From Eledone cirrhosa (taxonomy: Eukaryota), in assembly GCA_964016885.1 (NCBI GenBank), contig OZ024740.1:296484001-296548000 (forward strand): a stretch of 64,000 nucleotides of DNA, given 5' to 3'. The notes under the pieces were generated by a model. That model was not told the DNA's origin. It did no database searches and saw only the letters and a list, made by a program, of their open reading frames with translations. This document shows positions 13,526-25,600 of the stretch, piece by piece. Within the stretch, counting starts at the first letter, position 1, and each line of letters starts with the position of its first letter. The translations under genes were made by a program, and so were the position numbers.

Positions 13526-15539
13526 GGAGATCCATTTTTTATTTGGGGGATCCATTTTTTATTTGGGTGATCCATTTTTTATTTGGGTGATCCATTTTTT
13601 ATTTGTTGGATCCATTTTTTATTTGGGGGATCCATTTTTTATTTGAGTGATCCATTTTTTATTTGGGGGATCCATTTTTTATTTGGGGGTTCCATTTTTT
13701 ATTTGGGGGATCCATCAAATAAAAAATGGATCACCCAAATAAAAAATGTATCCCCCAAATAAAAAATGGATCCATTTTTTATTTGGGTGATCCATTTTTT
13801 ATTTGGGTGATCCATTTTTTATTTGGGGGATCCATTTTTTATTTGTGTGATCCATTTTATATTTGGGGGATCCATTTTTTATTTGGGTATCCATTTCTTA
13901 TTTGGGTGATCCATTTTTTATTTTGGGGATCCATTTTTTATTTGGGGGATCCATTTTTTATTTGGGTGATCCATTTTTTATTTGGGTGATCCATTTTTTA
14001 TTTGTGGATCCATTTTTTATTTGTGGGATCCATTTTTTATTTGGGGGTTCCATTTTTTATTTGGGGGATCCATTTTACATTTGGGTGATCCATTTAGTAA
14101 TTGGGTGATCCATTTTTTATTTGGGGGTTCCATTTTTTATTTGGGGGATCCATTTTACATTTGGGTGATCCATTTTTTATTTGGGGGATCCATTTTTTAT
14201 TTGGGTGATCCATTTTTTATTTGGGTGATCCAGTTTTTGTTTGGGTGATCCATTTTTTATTTGGGGGATCCATTTTTTATTTGGGTGATCCATTTTTTAT
14301 TTGTTGGATCCATTTTTTATTTGGGGGATCCATTTTTTATTTGGGGGTTCCATTTTTTATTTGGGGGATCCATTTTACATTTGGGTGATCCATTTTTTAT
14401 TTGGGTGACCCATTTTTTATTCGGGGGATCCATTTTTTATTTGGGGGATCCATTTTTTATTTGGGGGTTCCATTTTTTATTTGGGTGATCCATTTTTTAT
14501 TTGGGGGATCCATTTTTTATTTAGGTGATCCATTTTTTAGTTGGGTGATCCATTTTTTATTTGTGTGATCCATTTTTTATTTGGGGGATCCATTTTTTAT
14601 TTGGGGGTTCCATTTTTTATTTGGGTGATCCATTTTTTATTTGGGGGATCCATTTTTTATTTAGGTGATCCATTTTTTAGTTGGGTGATCCATTTTTTAT
14701 TTGTGTGATCCACTTTTTATTTGGCGGATCCATTTTTTATTTGGGGGATCCATTTTTTATTTGGGTGATCCATTTTTTATTTGGGGTATCCATTTTTTAT
14801 TAGGGTGATACATTTTTTATTTGGGGGATCCATTTTTTATTTGGGTGATCCATTTTTTATTTGGGTGATCCATATTTTATTTGCGTGATCCATTTTTTAT
14901 TTGGGTGATCCATTTTTTATTTGGGTGATCCTTTTTTTATTTGGGGGATCCATTTTTTATTTGGGTGATCCATTTTTTATTTGGGTGATCCATTTTTTAT
15001 TTGGGGGATCCATTTTTTATTTGGGTGATCCATTTTTTATTTGGGGGATCCAGTTTTTGTTTGGGTGATCCATTTTTTATTTGGGGGATCCATTTTTTAT
15101 TTGGGTGATCCATATTTTATTTAGGGGATCCATTTTTTATTTGGGTGATCCATTTTTTATTTGGGTGAACCATTTTTTATTTGGGTGATCCATTTTTTAT
15201 TTTGGGGATCTATTTTTTATTTGGGTGATCCATTTTTTATTTGGGGGATCCATTTTTTTTTTTGGTGATCCATTTTTTATTTGGGGATCCATTTTTTATT
15301 TGGGGGATCCATTTTTTATTTGGGTGATCCATTTTTTATTTGGGGGATCCATTTTTTATTTGGGTGATCCATTTTTAATTTGGGGATCCATTTTTTATTT
15401 GGGTGATCCATTTTTTATTTGGGGGATCCATTTTTTATATGGGTGATCCATTTTTTATTTGGGGGATCCATTTTGTATTTGGGTGATCCATTTTTTATTT
15501 GGGGGATCCATTTTTTATTTGGGGGATCCATTTTTTATT

Positions 15540-18500
15540 TGGGTTATACATTTTTTATTTGGGGGATCCATTTTTTATTTGGGTGATCCATTTTTTATTT
15601 GGGTGATCCATATTTTATTTGGGTGATCCATTTTTTATTTGGGGGATCCATTTTTATTTGGGTGATCTATTTTTGATTTGGGTGATCCATTTTTTATTTG
15701 GGGGATCCATTTTTTATTTGGGTGATCCATTTTTTATTTGGGGGATCCATTTTTTATTTGGGAGATCCATTTTTGATTTGGGTAATCCATTTTTTATTTG
15801 GGTGATCCATTTTTTATTTGTTGGATCCATTTTTTATTTGGGGGATCCATTTTTATTTGGGGGACCCTATTTTTATTTGGGGGATCCATTTTACATTTGG
15901 GGTATCCATTTTTTATTTGGGTGATCCATTTTTTATTTGGGGGATCCATTTTTTATTTGGGTGATCCATTTTTTATTTGGGTGATCCATTTTTTATTTGG
16001 GTGATCCATTTTTTATTTGTTGGATCCATTTTTTATTTGGTGGATCGACTTTTTATTTGGGGGTTCCATTTTTTATTTGGGGGATCCATTTTACATTTGG
16101 GTGATCCATTTTTTATTTGGGTGATCCATTTTTTATTTGGGGGATCCATTTTTTATTTGGGTGATCCATTTTTTATTTGGGGGATCCATTTTTTATTTGG
16201 GTGATCCATTTTCTATTTGGGGGATCGATTTTTTATTTGGGGGTTCCATTTTTTATTTGGGGGATCCATCAAATAAAAAATGGATCACCCAAATAAAAAA
16301 TGGATCACCCAAATAAAAAATGGATCCCCCAAATAGAAAATGGATCCATTTTTTATTTGGGTGATCCATATTTTATTTAGGGGATCCATTTTTTATTTGG
16401 GTGATCCATTTTTTATTTGGGTGATCCATTTTTTATTTGGGTGATCCATTTTTTATTTGGGTGATCCATTTTTTATTTTGGGGATCTATTTATTATTTGG
16501 GTGATCCATTTTTTATTTGGGGGATCCATTTTTTTTTGGGTGATCCATTTTTTATTTGGGGATCCATTTTTTATTTGGGGGATCCATTTTTTATTTGGGT
16601 GATCCATTTTTTATTTGGGGGATCCATTTTTTATTTGGGTGATCCATTTTTAATTTGGGGATCCATTTTTTATTTGGGTGATCCATTTTTTATTTGGGGG
16701 ATCCATTTTTTGTTTGGGTTATCCATCTTTTATTTGGGGGATCCATTTTGTATTTGGGTGATCCATTTTTTATTTTGGGGATCCATTTTTTATTTGGGGG
16801 ATCCATTTTTTATTTGGGTGATCCATTTTTTATTTGGGTGATCCATTTTTTTATTTGTGGATCCATTTTTTATTTGTGGGATCCATTTTTTATTTGGGGG
16901 TTCCATTTTTTATTTGGGGGATCCATTTTACATTTGGGTGATCCATTTAGTAATTGGGTGATCCATTTTTTATTTGGGGGATCCATTTTTTATTTGGGTG
17001 ATCCATTTTTTATTTGGGTGATCCCTTTTTTATTTGGGTGATCCATTTTTTATTTGGGGGATCCATTTTTATTTGGGGGTTCCATTTTTTATTTGGGGGA
17101 TCCATCAAATAAAAAATGGATCACCCAAATAAAAAATGGATCCATTTTTTATTTGGGTGATCCATTTTTTATTTGGGGAATCCATTTTTTATTTGGGTGA
17201 TGCAGTTTTTGTTTGGGTGATCCATTTTTTATTTGGGGGATCCATTTTTTATTTGGGTGATCCATATTTTATTTAGGGGATCCATTTTTTATTTGGGTGA
17301 TCCATTTTTTATTTGGGTGATCCATTTTTTATTTGGGTGATCCATTTTTTATTTTGGGGATCCATTTTTTATTTGGGTGATCCATTTTTTATTTGGGTGA
17401 TGCATTTTTTATTTGGGTGATCCATTTTTTATTTGGGGGATCCATTTTTTATTTGGGTGATCCATTTTTTATTTTGGGGATCCATTTTTTATTTGGGTGA
17501 TCCATTTTTTTATTTGGGGGATCCATTTTTTATTTGGGTGATCCATTTTTTATTTGGGGGATCCATTTTTTATTTGGGTGATCCATTTTTTATTTGGGGG
17601 ATCCATTTTTTATTCGGGGGATCCATTTTTTATTTGGGTGATCCATTTTTTATTTGGGTGATCCATTTTTTATTTGGGGGATCCATTTTTTATTTCGGTG
17701 ATCCATTTTTTATTTGGGTGATCCATTCTTTATGTGGGTGATCCATTTTTGATTTGAGGGATCCATTTTTTATTTGGGTGGTCCATTTTTTATTTGGGTG
17801 ATCCATTTTTTATTTGGGTGATCCATTTTTTATTTGGGTGATCCATTTTTTATTTGGGTGATCCATTTTTTATTTGGGGGATCCATTTTTTATTTGTGTG
17901 ATCCATTTTATATTTGGGGGATCCATTTTTTATTTGGGTATTCATTTTTTATTTGGGGGATCCATTTTTTATTTGGGGGATCCATCAAACAAAAAATGGA
18001 TCACCCAAATAAAAAATGGATCACCCAAATAAAAAATGGACCCCCAAACAAAAAATGGATCCATTTTTTATTTGGGGGATCCATTTTTTATTTGGGGGAT
18101 CCATTTTTTATTTGGGTGATCCATTTTTTATTTGGGTGATCCATTTTTTATTTGGGTGATCCATTTTTTATTTGGGGGATCCATTTTTTATTTGGATGAT
18201 CCATTTTTTATTTGGGGGATCCATTTTTTATTTGGGCGATCCAATTTTTATTTGGGTGATCCATTTTTTATTTGGGTGATCCATTTTTTATTTGGGTGAT
18301 CCATTTTTTATTTGGGGGATCCATTTTTTATTTGTGTGATCCATTTTATATTTGGGGGATCCATTTTTTATTTGGGTATCCATTTCTTATTTGGGTGATC
18401 CATTTTTTATTTTGGGGATCCATTTTTTATTTGGGGGATCCATTTTTTATTTGGGTGATCCATTTTTTATTTGGGTGATCCATTTTTTATTTGTGGATCC

Positions 18501-18960
18501 ATTTTTTATTTGTGGGATCCATTTTTTATTTGGGGGTTCCATTTTTTATTTGGGGGATCCATTTTACATTTGGGTGATCCATTTAGTAATTGGGTGATCC
18601 ATTTTTTATTTGGGGGATCCATTTTTTATTTGGGTGATCCATTTTTTATTTGGGTGATCCCTTTTTTATTTGGGTGATCCATTTTTTATTTGGGGGATCC
18701 ATTTTTATTTGGGGGTTCCATTTTTTATTTGGGGGATCCATCAAATAAAAAATGGATCACCCAAATAAAAAAGGGATCACCAAAATAAAAAATGGATCCC
18801 CCAAATAAAAAATGGATCCATTTTTTATTTGGGTGATCCATTTTTTATTTGGGGAATCCATTTTTTATTTGGGTGATGCAGTTTTTGTTTGGGTGATCCA
18901 TTTTTTATTTGGGGGATCCATTTTTTATTTGGGTGATCCATATTTTATTTAGGGGATCCA
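15540..18960 (+). repeat. Dispersed copy of the left-domain block (~720-4,020)
   Basis: Anchors 801/15619 and 1619/16437 (offset 14,818), 2475/17433 (14,958), 3334/18272 (14,938). Shared markers GGTTATACA, GGTGGATCGAC and TTTAGTAATT. Confidence 0.87.
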
Positions 18961-19699
18961 TTTTTTATTTGGGTGATCCATTTTTTATTTGGGTGATCCA
19001 TTTTTTATTTGGGTGATCCATTTTTTATTTTGGGGATCCATTTTTTATTTGGGTGATCCATTTTTTATTTGGGTGATGCATTTTTTATTTGGGTGATCCA
19101 TTTTTTATTTGGGGGATCCATTTTTTATTTGGGTGATCCATTTTTTATTTTGGGGATCCATTTTTTATTTGGGTGATCCATTTTTTATTTGGGGGATCCA
19201 TTTTTTATTTGGGTGATCCATTTTTTATTTGGGGGATCCATTTTTTATTTGGGTGATCCATTTTTTATTTGGGGGATCCATTTTTTATTCGGGGGATCCA
19301 TTTTTTATTTGGGTGATCCATTTTTTATTTGGGTGATCCATTTTTTATTTGGGGGATCCATTTTTTATTTCGGTGATCCATTTTTTATTTGGGTGATCCA
19401 TTTTTTATGTGGGTGATCCATTTTTGATTTGAGGGATCCATTTTTTATTTGGGTGGTCCATTTTTTATTTGGGTGATCCATTTTTTATTTGGGTGATCCA
19501 TTTTTTATTTGGGTGATCCATTTTTTATTTGGGTGATCCCTTTTTTATTTGGGTGATCCATTTTTTATTTGGGGGATCCATTTTTATTTGGGGGTTCCAT
19601 TTTTTATTTGGGGGATCCGTCAAATAAAAAATGGATCACCCAAATAAAAAAGGGATCACCCAAATAAAAAATGGATCCCCCAAATAAAAAATGGATCCA

Positions 19700-22600
19700 T
19701 TTTTTATTTGGGTGATCCATTTTTTATTTGGGTGATCCATTTTTTATTTGTTGGATCCATTTTTTATTTGGGGGATCCATTTTTTATTTGGGCGTTCCAT
19801 TTTTTATTTGGGGGATCCATTTTACATTTGGGTGATCCATTTTTTATTTGGGTGATCCATTTTTTATTTGGGGGATCCATTTTTTATTTGGGTGATCCAT
19901 TTTTTATTTGGGTGATCCAGTTTTTAGTTGGGTGATCCATTTTTTATTTGGGGGATCCATTTTTTATTTGGGTGATCCATTTTTTATTTGTTGGATCCAT
20001 TTTTTATTTGGGGGATCTATTTTTTATTTGGGGGTTCCATTTTTTATTTGGGGGATCCATTTTACATTTGGGTGATCCATTTTTTATTTGGGTGATCCAT
20101 TTTTTATTTGGGGTATCCATTTTTTATTTGGGGGATCCATTTTTTATTTGTGTGATCCATTTTTTATTTGGCGGATCCATTTTTTATTTGGGGGATCCAT
20201 TTTTTATTTGGGGATCCATTTTTTATTTAGGTGATCCATTTTTTAGTTGGGTGATCCATTTTTATTTGGGGGATCCATTTTTCATTTGTGTGATCCATTT
20301 TTTATTTGGCGGATCCATTTTTATTTGGGGGATCCATTTTTTATTTGTGTGATCCATTTTTTATTTGGCAGATACATTTTTTATTTGGGGGAACCATTTT
20401 TTATTTGGGTGATCCATTTTTTATTTGGGGGATCCATTTTTTATTTGGGTGATACATTTTTTATTTGGGGGATCCATTTTTTATTTGGGTGATCCATTTT
20501 TTATTTGGGTGATCCATTTTTTATTTGGGAGATCCATTTTTTATTTTGGTGACCCATTTTTTATTTTGGTGATCCATTTTTTATTTGTTGGATCCATTTT
20601 TTATTTGGGGGATCTATTTTTATTTGGGGGACCCTATTTTTATTTGGGGGATCCATTTTACATTTGGGTGATCCATTTTACATTTGGGTGATCCATTTTT
20701 TATTTGGGTGATCCATTTTTTATTTGGTGGATCCATTTTTTATTTGGGGTATCCATTTTTTATTTGGGTGATCCATTTTTTATTTCGGGGATCCATTTTT
20801 TATTTGGGTGATCCATTTTTTATTTGGGTGATCCATTTTTTATTTGGGTGATCCATTTTTTATTTGTTGGATCCATTTTTTATTTGGGGGATCTATTTTT
20901 TATTTGGGGGTTCCATTTTTAATTTGGGGGATCCATTTTACATTTGGGTGATCCATTTTTTATTTGGGTGATCCATTTTTTATTTGGGGGATCCATTTTT
21001 TATTTGGGTGATCCATTTTTTATTTGGGTGATCCAGTTTTTGTTTGGGTGATCCATTTTTTATTTGGGGGATCCATTTTTTATTTGGGTGATCCATTTTT
21101 TATTTGTTGGATCCATTTTTTATTTGGGGGATCCATTTTTTATTTGGGGGATCCATTTTTTATTTGGGGGATCCATTTTTTATTTGGGGGATCCATTTTT
21201 TATTTGGGGGATCCATTTTTTATTTGGGTGATCCATTTTTTATTTGGGGGATCCATTTTTTATTTAGCTGATCCATTTTTTAGTTGGGTGATCCATTTTT
21301 ATTTGGGGGATCCATTTTTTATTTGTGTGATCCATTTTTTATTTGGCGGATCCATTTTTATTTGGGGGATCCATTTTTTATTTGTGTGATCCATTTTTTA
21401 TTTGGCAGATCCATTTTTTATTTGGGGGATCCATTTTTTATTTGGGTGATCCATTTTTTATTTGGGGGATCCATTTTTTATTTGGGTGATCCATTTTTTA
21501 TTTGGGGGATCCATTTTTTATTTGGGTGATCCATTTTTTATTTGGGTGATCCATATTTTATTTGGGTGATCCATTTTTTATTTCGGGGATCCATTTTTTA
21601 TTTGGGTGATCCATTTTTTATTTGGGTGATCCATTTTTTATTTGGGTGATCCATTTTTTATTTGTTGGATCCATTTTTTATTTGGGGGATCTATTTTTTA
21701 TTTGGGGGTTCCATTTTTTATTTGGGGGATCCATTTTACATTTGGGTGATCCATTTTTTATTTGGGTGATCCATTTTTTATTTGGGGGATCCATTTTTTA
21801 TTTGGGTGATCCATTTTTTATTTGGGTGATCCAGTTTTTGTTTGGGTGATCCATTTTTTATTTGGGGGATCCATTTTTTATTTGGGTGATCCATTTTTTA
21901 TTTGTTGGATCCATTTTTTATTTGGGGGATCCATTTTTTATTTGGGGGATCCATTTTTTATTTGGGGGATCCATTTTTTATTTGGGGGATCCATTTTTTA
22001 TTTGGGGGATCCATTTTTTATTTGGGTGATCCATTTTTTATTTGGGGGATCCATTTTTTATTTAGCTGATCCATTTTTTAGTTGGGTGATCCATTTTTAT
22101 TTGGGGGATCCATTTTTTATTTGTGTGATCCATTTTTTATTTGGCGGATCCATTTTTATTTGGGGGATCCATTTTTTATTTGTGTGATCCATTTTTTATT
22201 TGGCAGATCCATTTTTTATTTGGGGGATCCATTTTTTATTTGGGTGATCCATTTTTTATTTGGGGGATCCATTTTTTATTTGGGTGATCCATTTTTTATT
22301 TGGGGGATCCATTTTTTATTTGGGTGATCCATTTTTTATTTGGGTGATCCATATTTTATTTGGGTGATCCATTTTTTATTTGGGGGATCCATTTTTTATT
22401 TGGGTGATCCAATTTTTTATTTGGGTGATCCATTTTTTATTTGGGTGATCCATTTTTTATTTGGGTGATCCATTTTTTATTTGGGGGACCCTATTTTTAT
22501 TTGGGGGATCCATTTTACATTTGGGTAATCCATTTTTTATTTGGGTGATCCATTTTTTATTTCGTGGATCCATTTTTTATTTGGGGTATCCATTTTTTAT

Positions 22601-25600
22601 TTGGGTGATCCATTCTTTATTTGGGGGATCCATTTTTTATTTGGGTGATCCATTTTTTATTTGGGTGATCCATTTTTTATTTGGGTAAACCATTTTTTAT
22701 TTGTTGGATCCATTTTTTATTTGGGGGATCCATTTTTTATTTGGGGGTTCCATTTTTTATTTGGGGGATCCATTTTACATTTGGGTGATCCATTTTTTAT
22801 TTGGGTGATCCATTTTTTATTTGGTGGATCCATTTTTTATTTGGGTGATCCATTTTTTATTTGGGTGATCCAGTTTTTGTTTGGGTGATCCATTTTTTAT
22901 TTGGGGGATCCATTTTTTATTTGGGTGATCCATTTTTTATTTGTTGGATCCATTTTTTATTTGGGGGATCCATTTTTTATTTGGGGGTTCCATTTTTTAT
23001 TTGGGGGATCCATTTTACATTTGGGTGATCCATTTTTTATTTGGGTGATCCATTTTTTATTTGGGGCATCCATTTTTTATTTGGGGGATCCATTTTTTAT
23101 TTGTGTGATCCATTTTTTATTTGGCGGATCCATTTTTTATTTGGGGGATCCATTTTTTATTTGGGGATCCATTTTTTATTTAGGTGATCCATTTTTTAGT
23201 TGGGTGATCCATTTTTATTTGGGGGATCCATTTTTTATTTGTGTGATCCATTTTTTATTTGGCGGATCCATTTTTATTTGGGGGATCCATTTTTTATTTG
23301 TGTGATCCATTTTTTATTTGGCAGATACATTTTTTATTTGGGGGAACCATTTTTTATTTGGGTGATCCATTTTTTATTTGGGGGATCCATTTTTTATTTG
23401 GGTGATACATTTTTTATTTGGGGGATCCATTTTTTATTTGGGTGATCCATTTTTTATTTGGGTGATCCATTTTTTATTTGGGAGATCCATTTTTTATTTT
23501 GGTGACCCATTTTTTATTTTGGTGATCCATTTTTTATTTGTTGGATCCATTTTTTATTTGGGGGATCTATTTTTATTTGGGGGACCCTATTTTTATTTGG
23601 GGGATCCATTTTACATTTGGGTGATCCATTTTACATTTGGGTGATCCATTTTTTATTTGGGTGATCCATTTTTTATTTGGTGGATCCATTTTTTATTTGG
23701 GGTATCCATTTTTTATTTGGGTGATCCATTTTTTATTTGGGGGATCCATTTTTTATTTGGGTGATCCATTTTACATTTGGGTGATCCATTTTTTATTTGG
23801 GTGATCCATTTTTTATTTGGGGGATCCATTTTTTATTTGGGTGATCCATTTTTTATTTGGGTGATCCAGTTTTTGTTTGGGTGATCCATTTTTTATTTGG
23901 GGGATCCATTTTTTATTTGGGTGATCCATTTTTTATTTGTTGGATCCATTTTTTATTTGGGGGATCCATTTTTTATTTGGGGGATCAATTTTTTATTTGG
24001 GGGATCCATTTTTTATTTGGGGGATCCATTTTTTATTTGGGGGATCCATTTTTTATTTGGGTGATCCATTTTTTATTTGGGGGATCCATTTTTTATTTAG
24101 CTGATCCATTTTTTAGTTGGGTGATCCATTTTTATTTGGGGGATCCATTTTTTATTTGTGTGATCCATTTTTTATTTGGCGGATCCATTTTTATTTGGGG
24201 GATCCATTTTTTATTTGTGTGATCCATTTTTTATTTGGCAGATCCATTTTTTATTTGGGGGATCCATTTTTTATTTGGGTGATCCATTTTTTATTTGGGG
24301 GATCCATTTTTTATTTGGGTGATCCATTTTTTATTTGGGGGATCCATTTTTTATTTGGGTGATCCATTTTTTATTTGGGTGATCCATATTTTATTTGGGT
24401 GATCCATTTTTTATTTGGGGGATCCATTTTTTATTTGGGTGATCCAATTTTTTATTTGGGTGATCCATTTTTTATTTGGGTGATCCATTTTTTATTTGGG
24501 TGATCCATTTTTTATTTGTGTGATCCATTTTTTATTTGGCAGATCCATTTTTTATTTGGGGGATCCATTTTTTATTTGGGTGATCCATTTTTTATTTGGG
24601 GGATCCATTTTTTATTTGGGTGATCCATTTTTTATTTGGGGGATCCATTTTTTATTTGGGTGATCCATTTTTTATTTGGGTGATCCATATTTTATTTGGG
24701 TGATCCATTTTTTATTTGGGGGATCCATTTTTTATTTGGGTGATCCAATTTTTTATTTGGGTGATCCATTTTTTATTTGGGTGATCCATTTTTTATTTGG
24801 GTGATCCATTTTTTATTTGGGGGATCCATTTTTTATTTGGGTGATCCATTTTTGATTTGGGTGATCCATTTTTTATTTGGGGGATCCATTTTTTGTTTGG
24901 GTGATCCATTTTTTATTTGGGGGATCCATTTTTTATTTGGGAGATCCATTTTTGATTTGGGTGATCCATTTTTTATTTGGGTGATTCATTCTTTATTTGT
25001 TGGATCCATTTTTTATTTGCGGGATCCATTTTTATTTGGGGGACCCTATTTTTATTTGGGGGATCCATTTTACATTTGGGTAATCCATTTTTTATTTGGG
25101 TGATCCATTTTTTATTTGGTGGATCCATTTTTTATTTGGGGTATCCATTTTTTATTTGGGTGATCCATTCTTTATTTGGGGGATCCATTTTTTATTTGGG
25201 TGATCCATTTTTTATTTGGGTGATCCATTTTTTATTTGGGTGATCCATTTTTTATTTGTTGGATCCATTTTTTATTTGGGGGATCCATTTTTTATTTGGG
25301 GGTTCCATTTTTTATTTGGGGGATCCATTTTACATTTGGGTGATCCATTTTTTATTTGGGTGATCCATTTTTTATTTGGGGGATCCATTTTTTATTTGGG
25401 TGATCCATTTTTTATTTGGGTGATCCAGTTTTTGTTTGGGTGATCCATTTTTTATTTGGGGTATCCATTTTTTATTTGGGTGATCCATTTTTTATTTGTT
25501 GGATCCATTTTTTATTTGGGGGATCCATTTTTTATTTGGGGGTTCCATTTTTTATTTGGGGGATCCATTTTACATTTGGGTGATCCATTTTTTATTTGGG

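Noticed and set aside
21120-21230. G-quadruplex from consecutive G5 monomers
   Set aside because: G-runs are separated by ~15-nt loops, beyond the canonical 1-7 nt, so stable formation cannot be supported from sequence.
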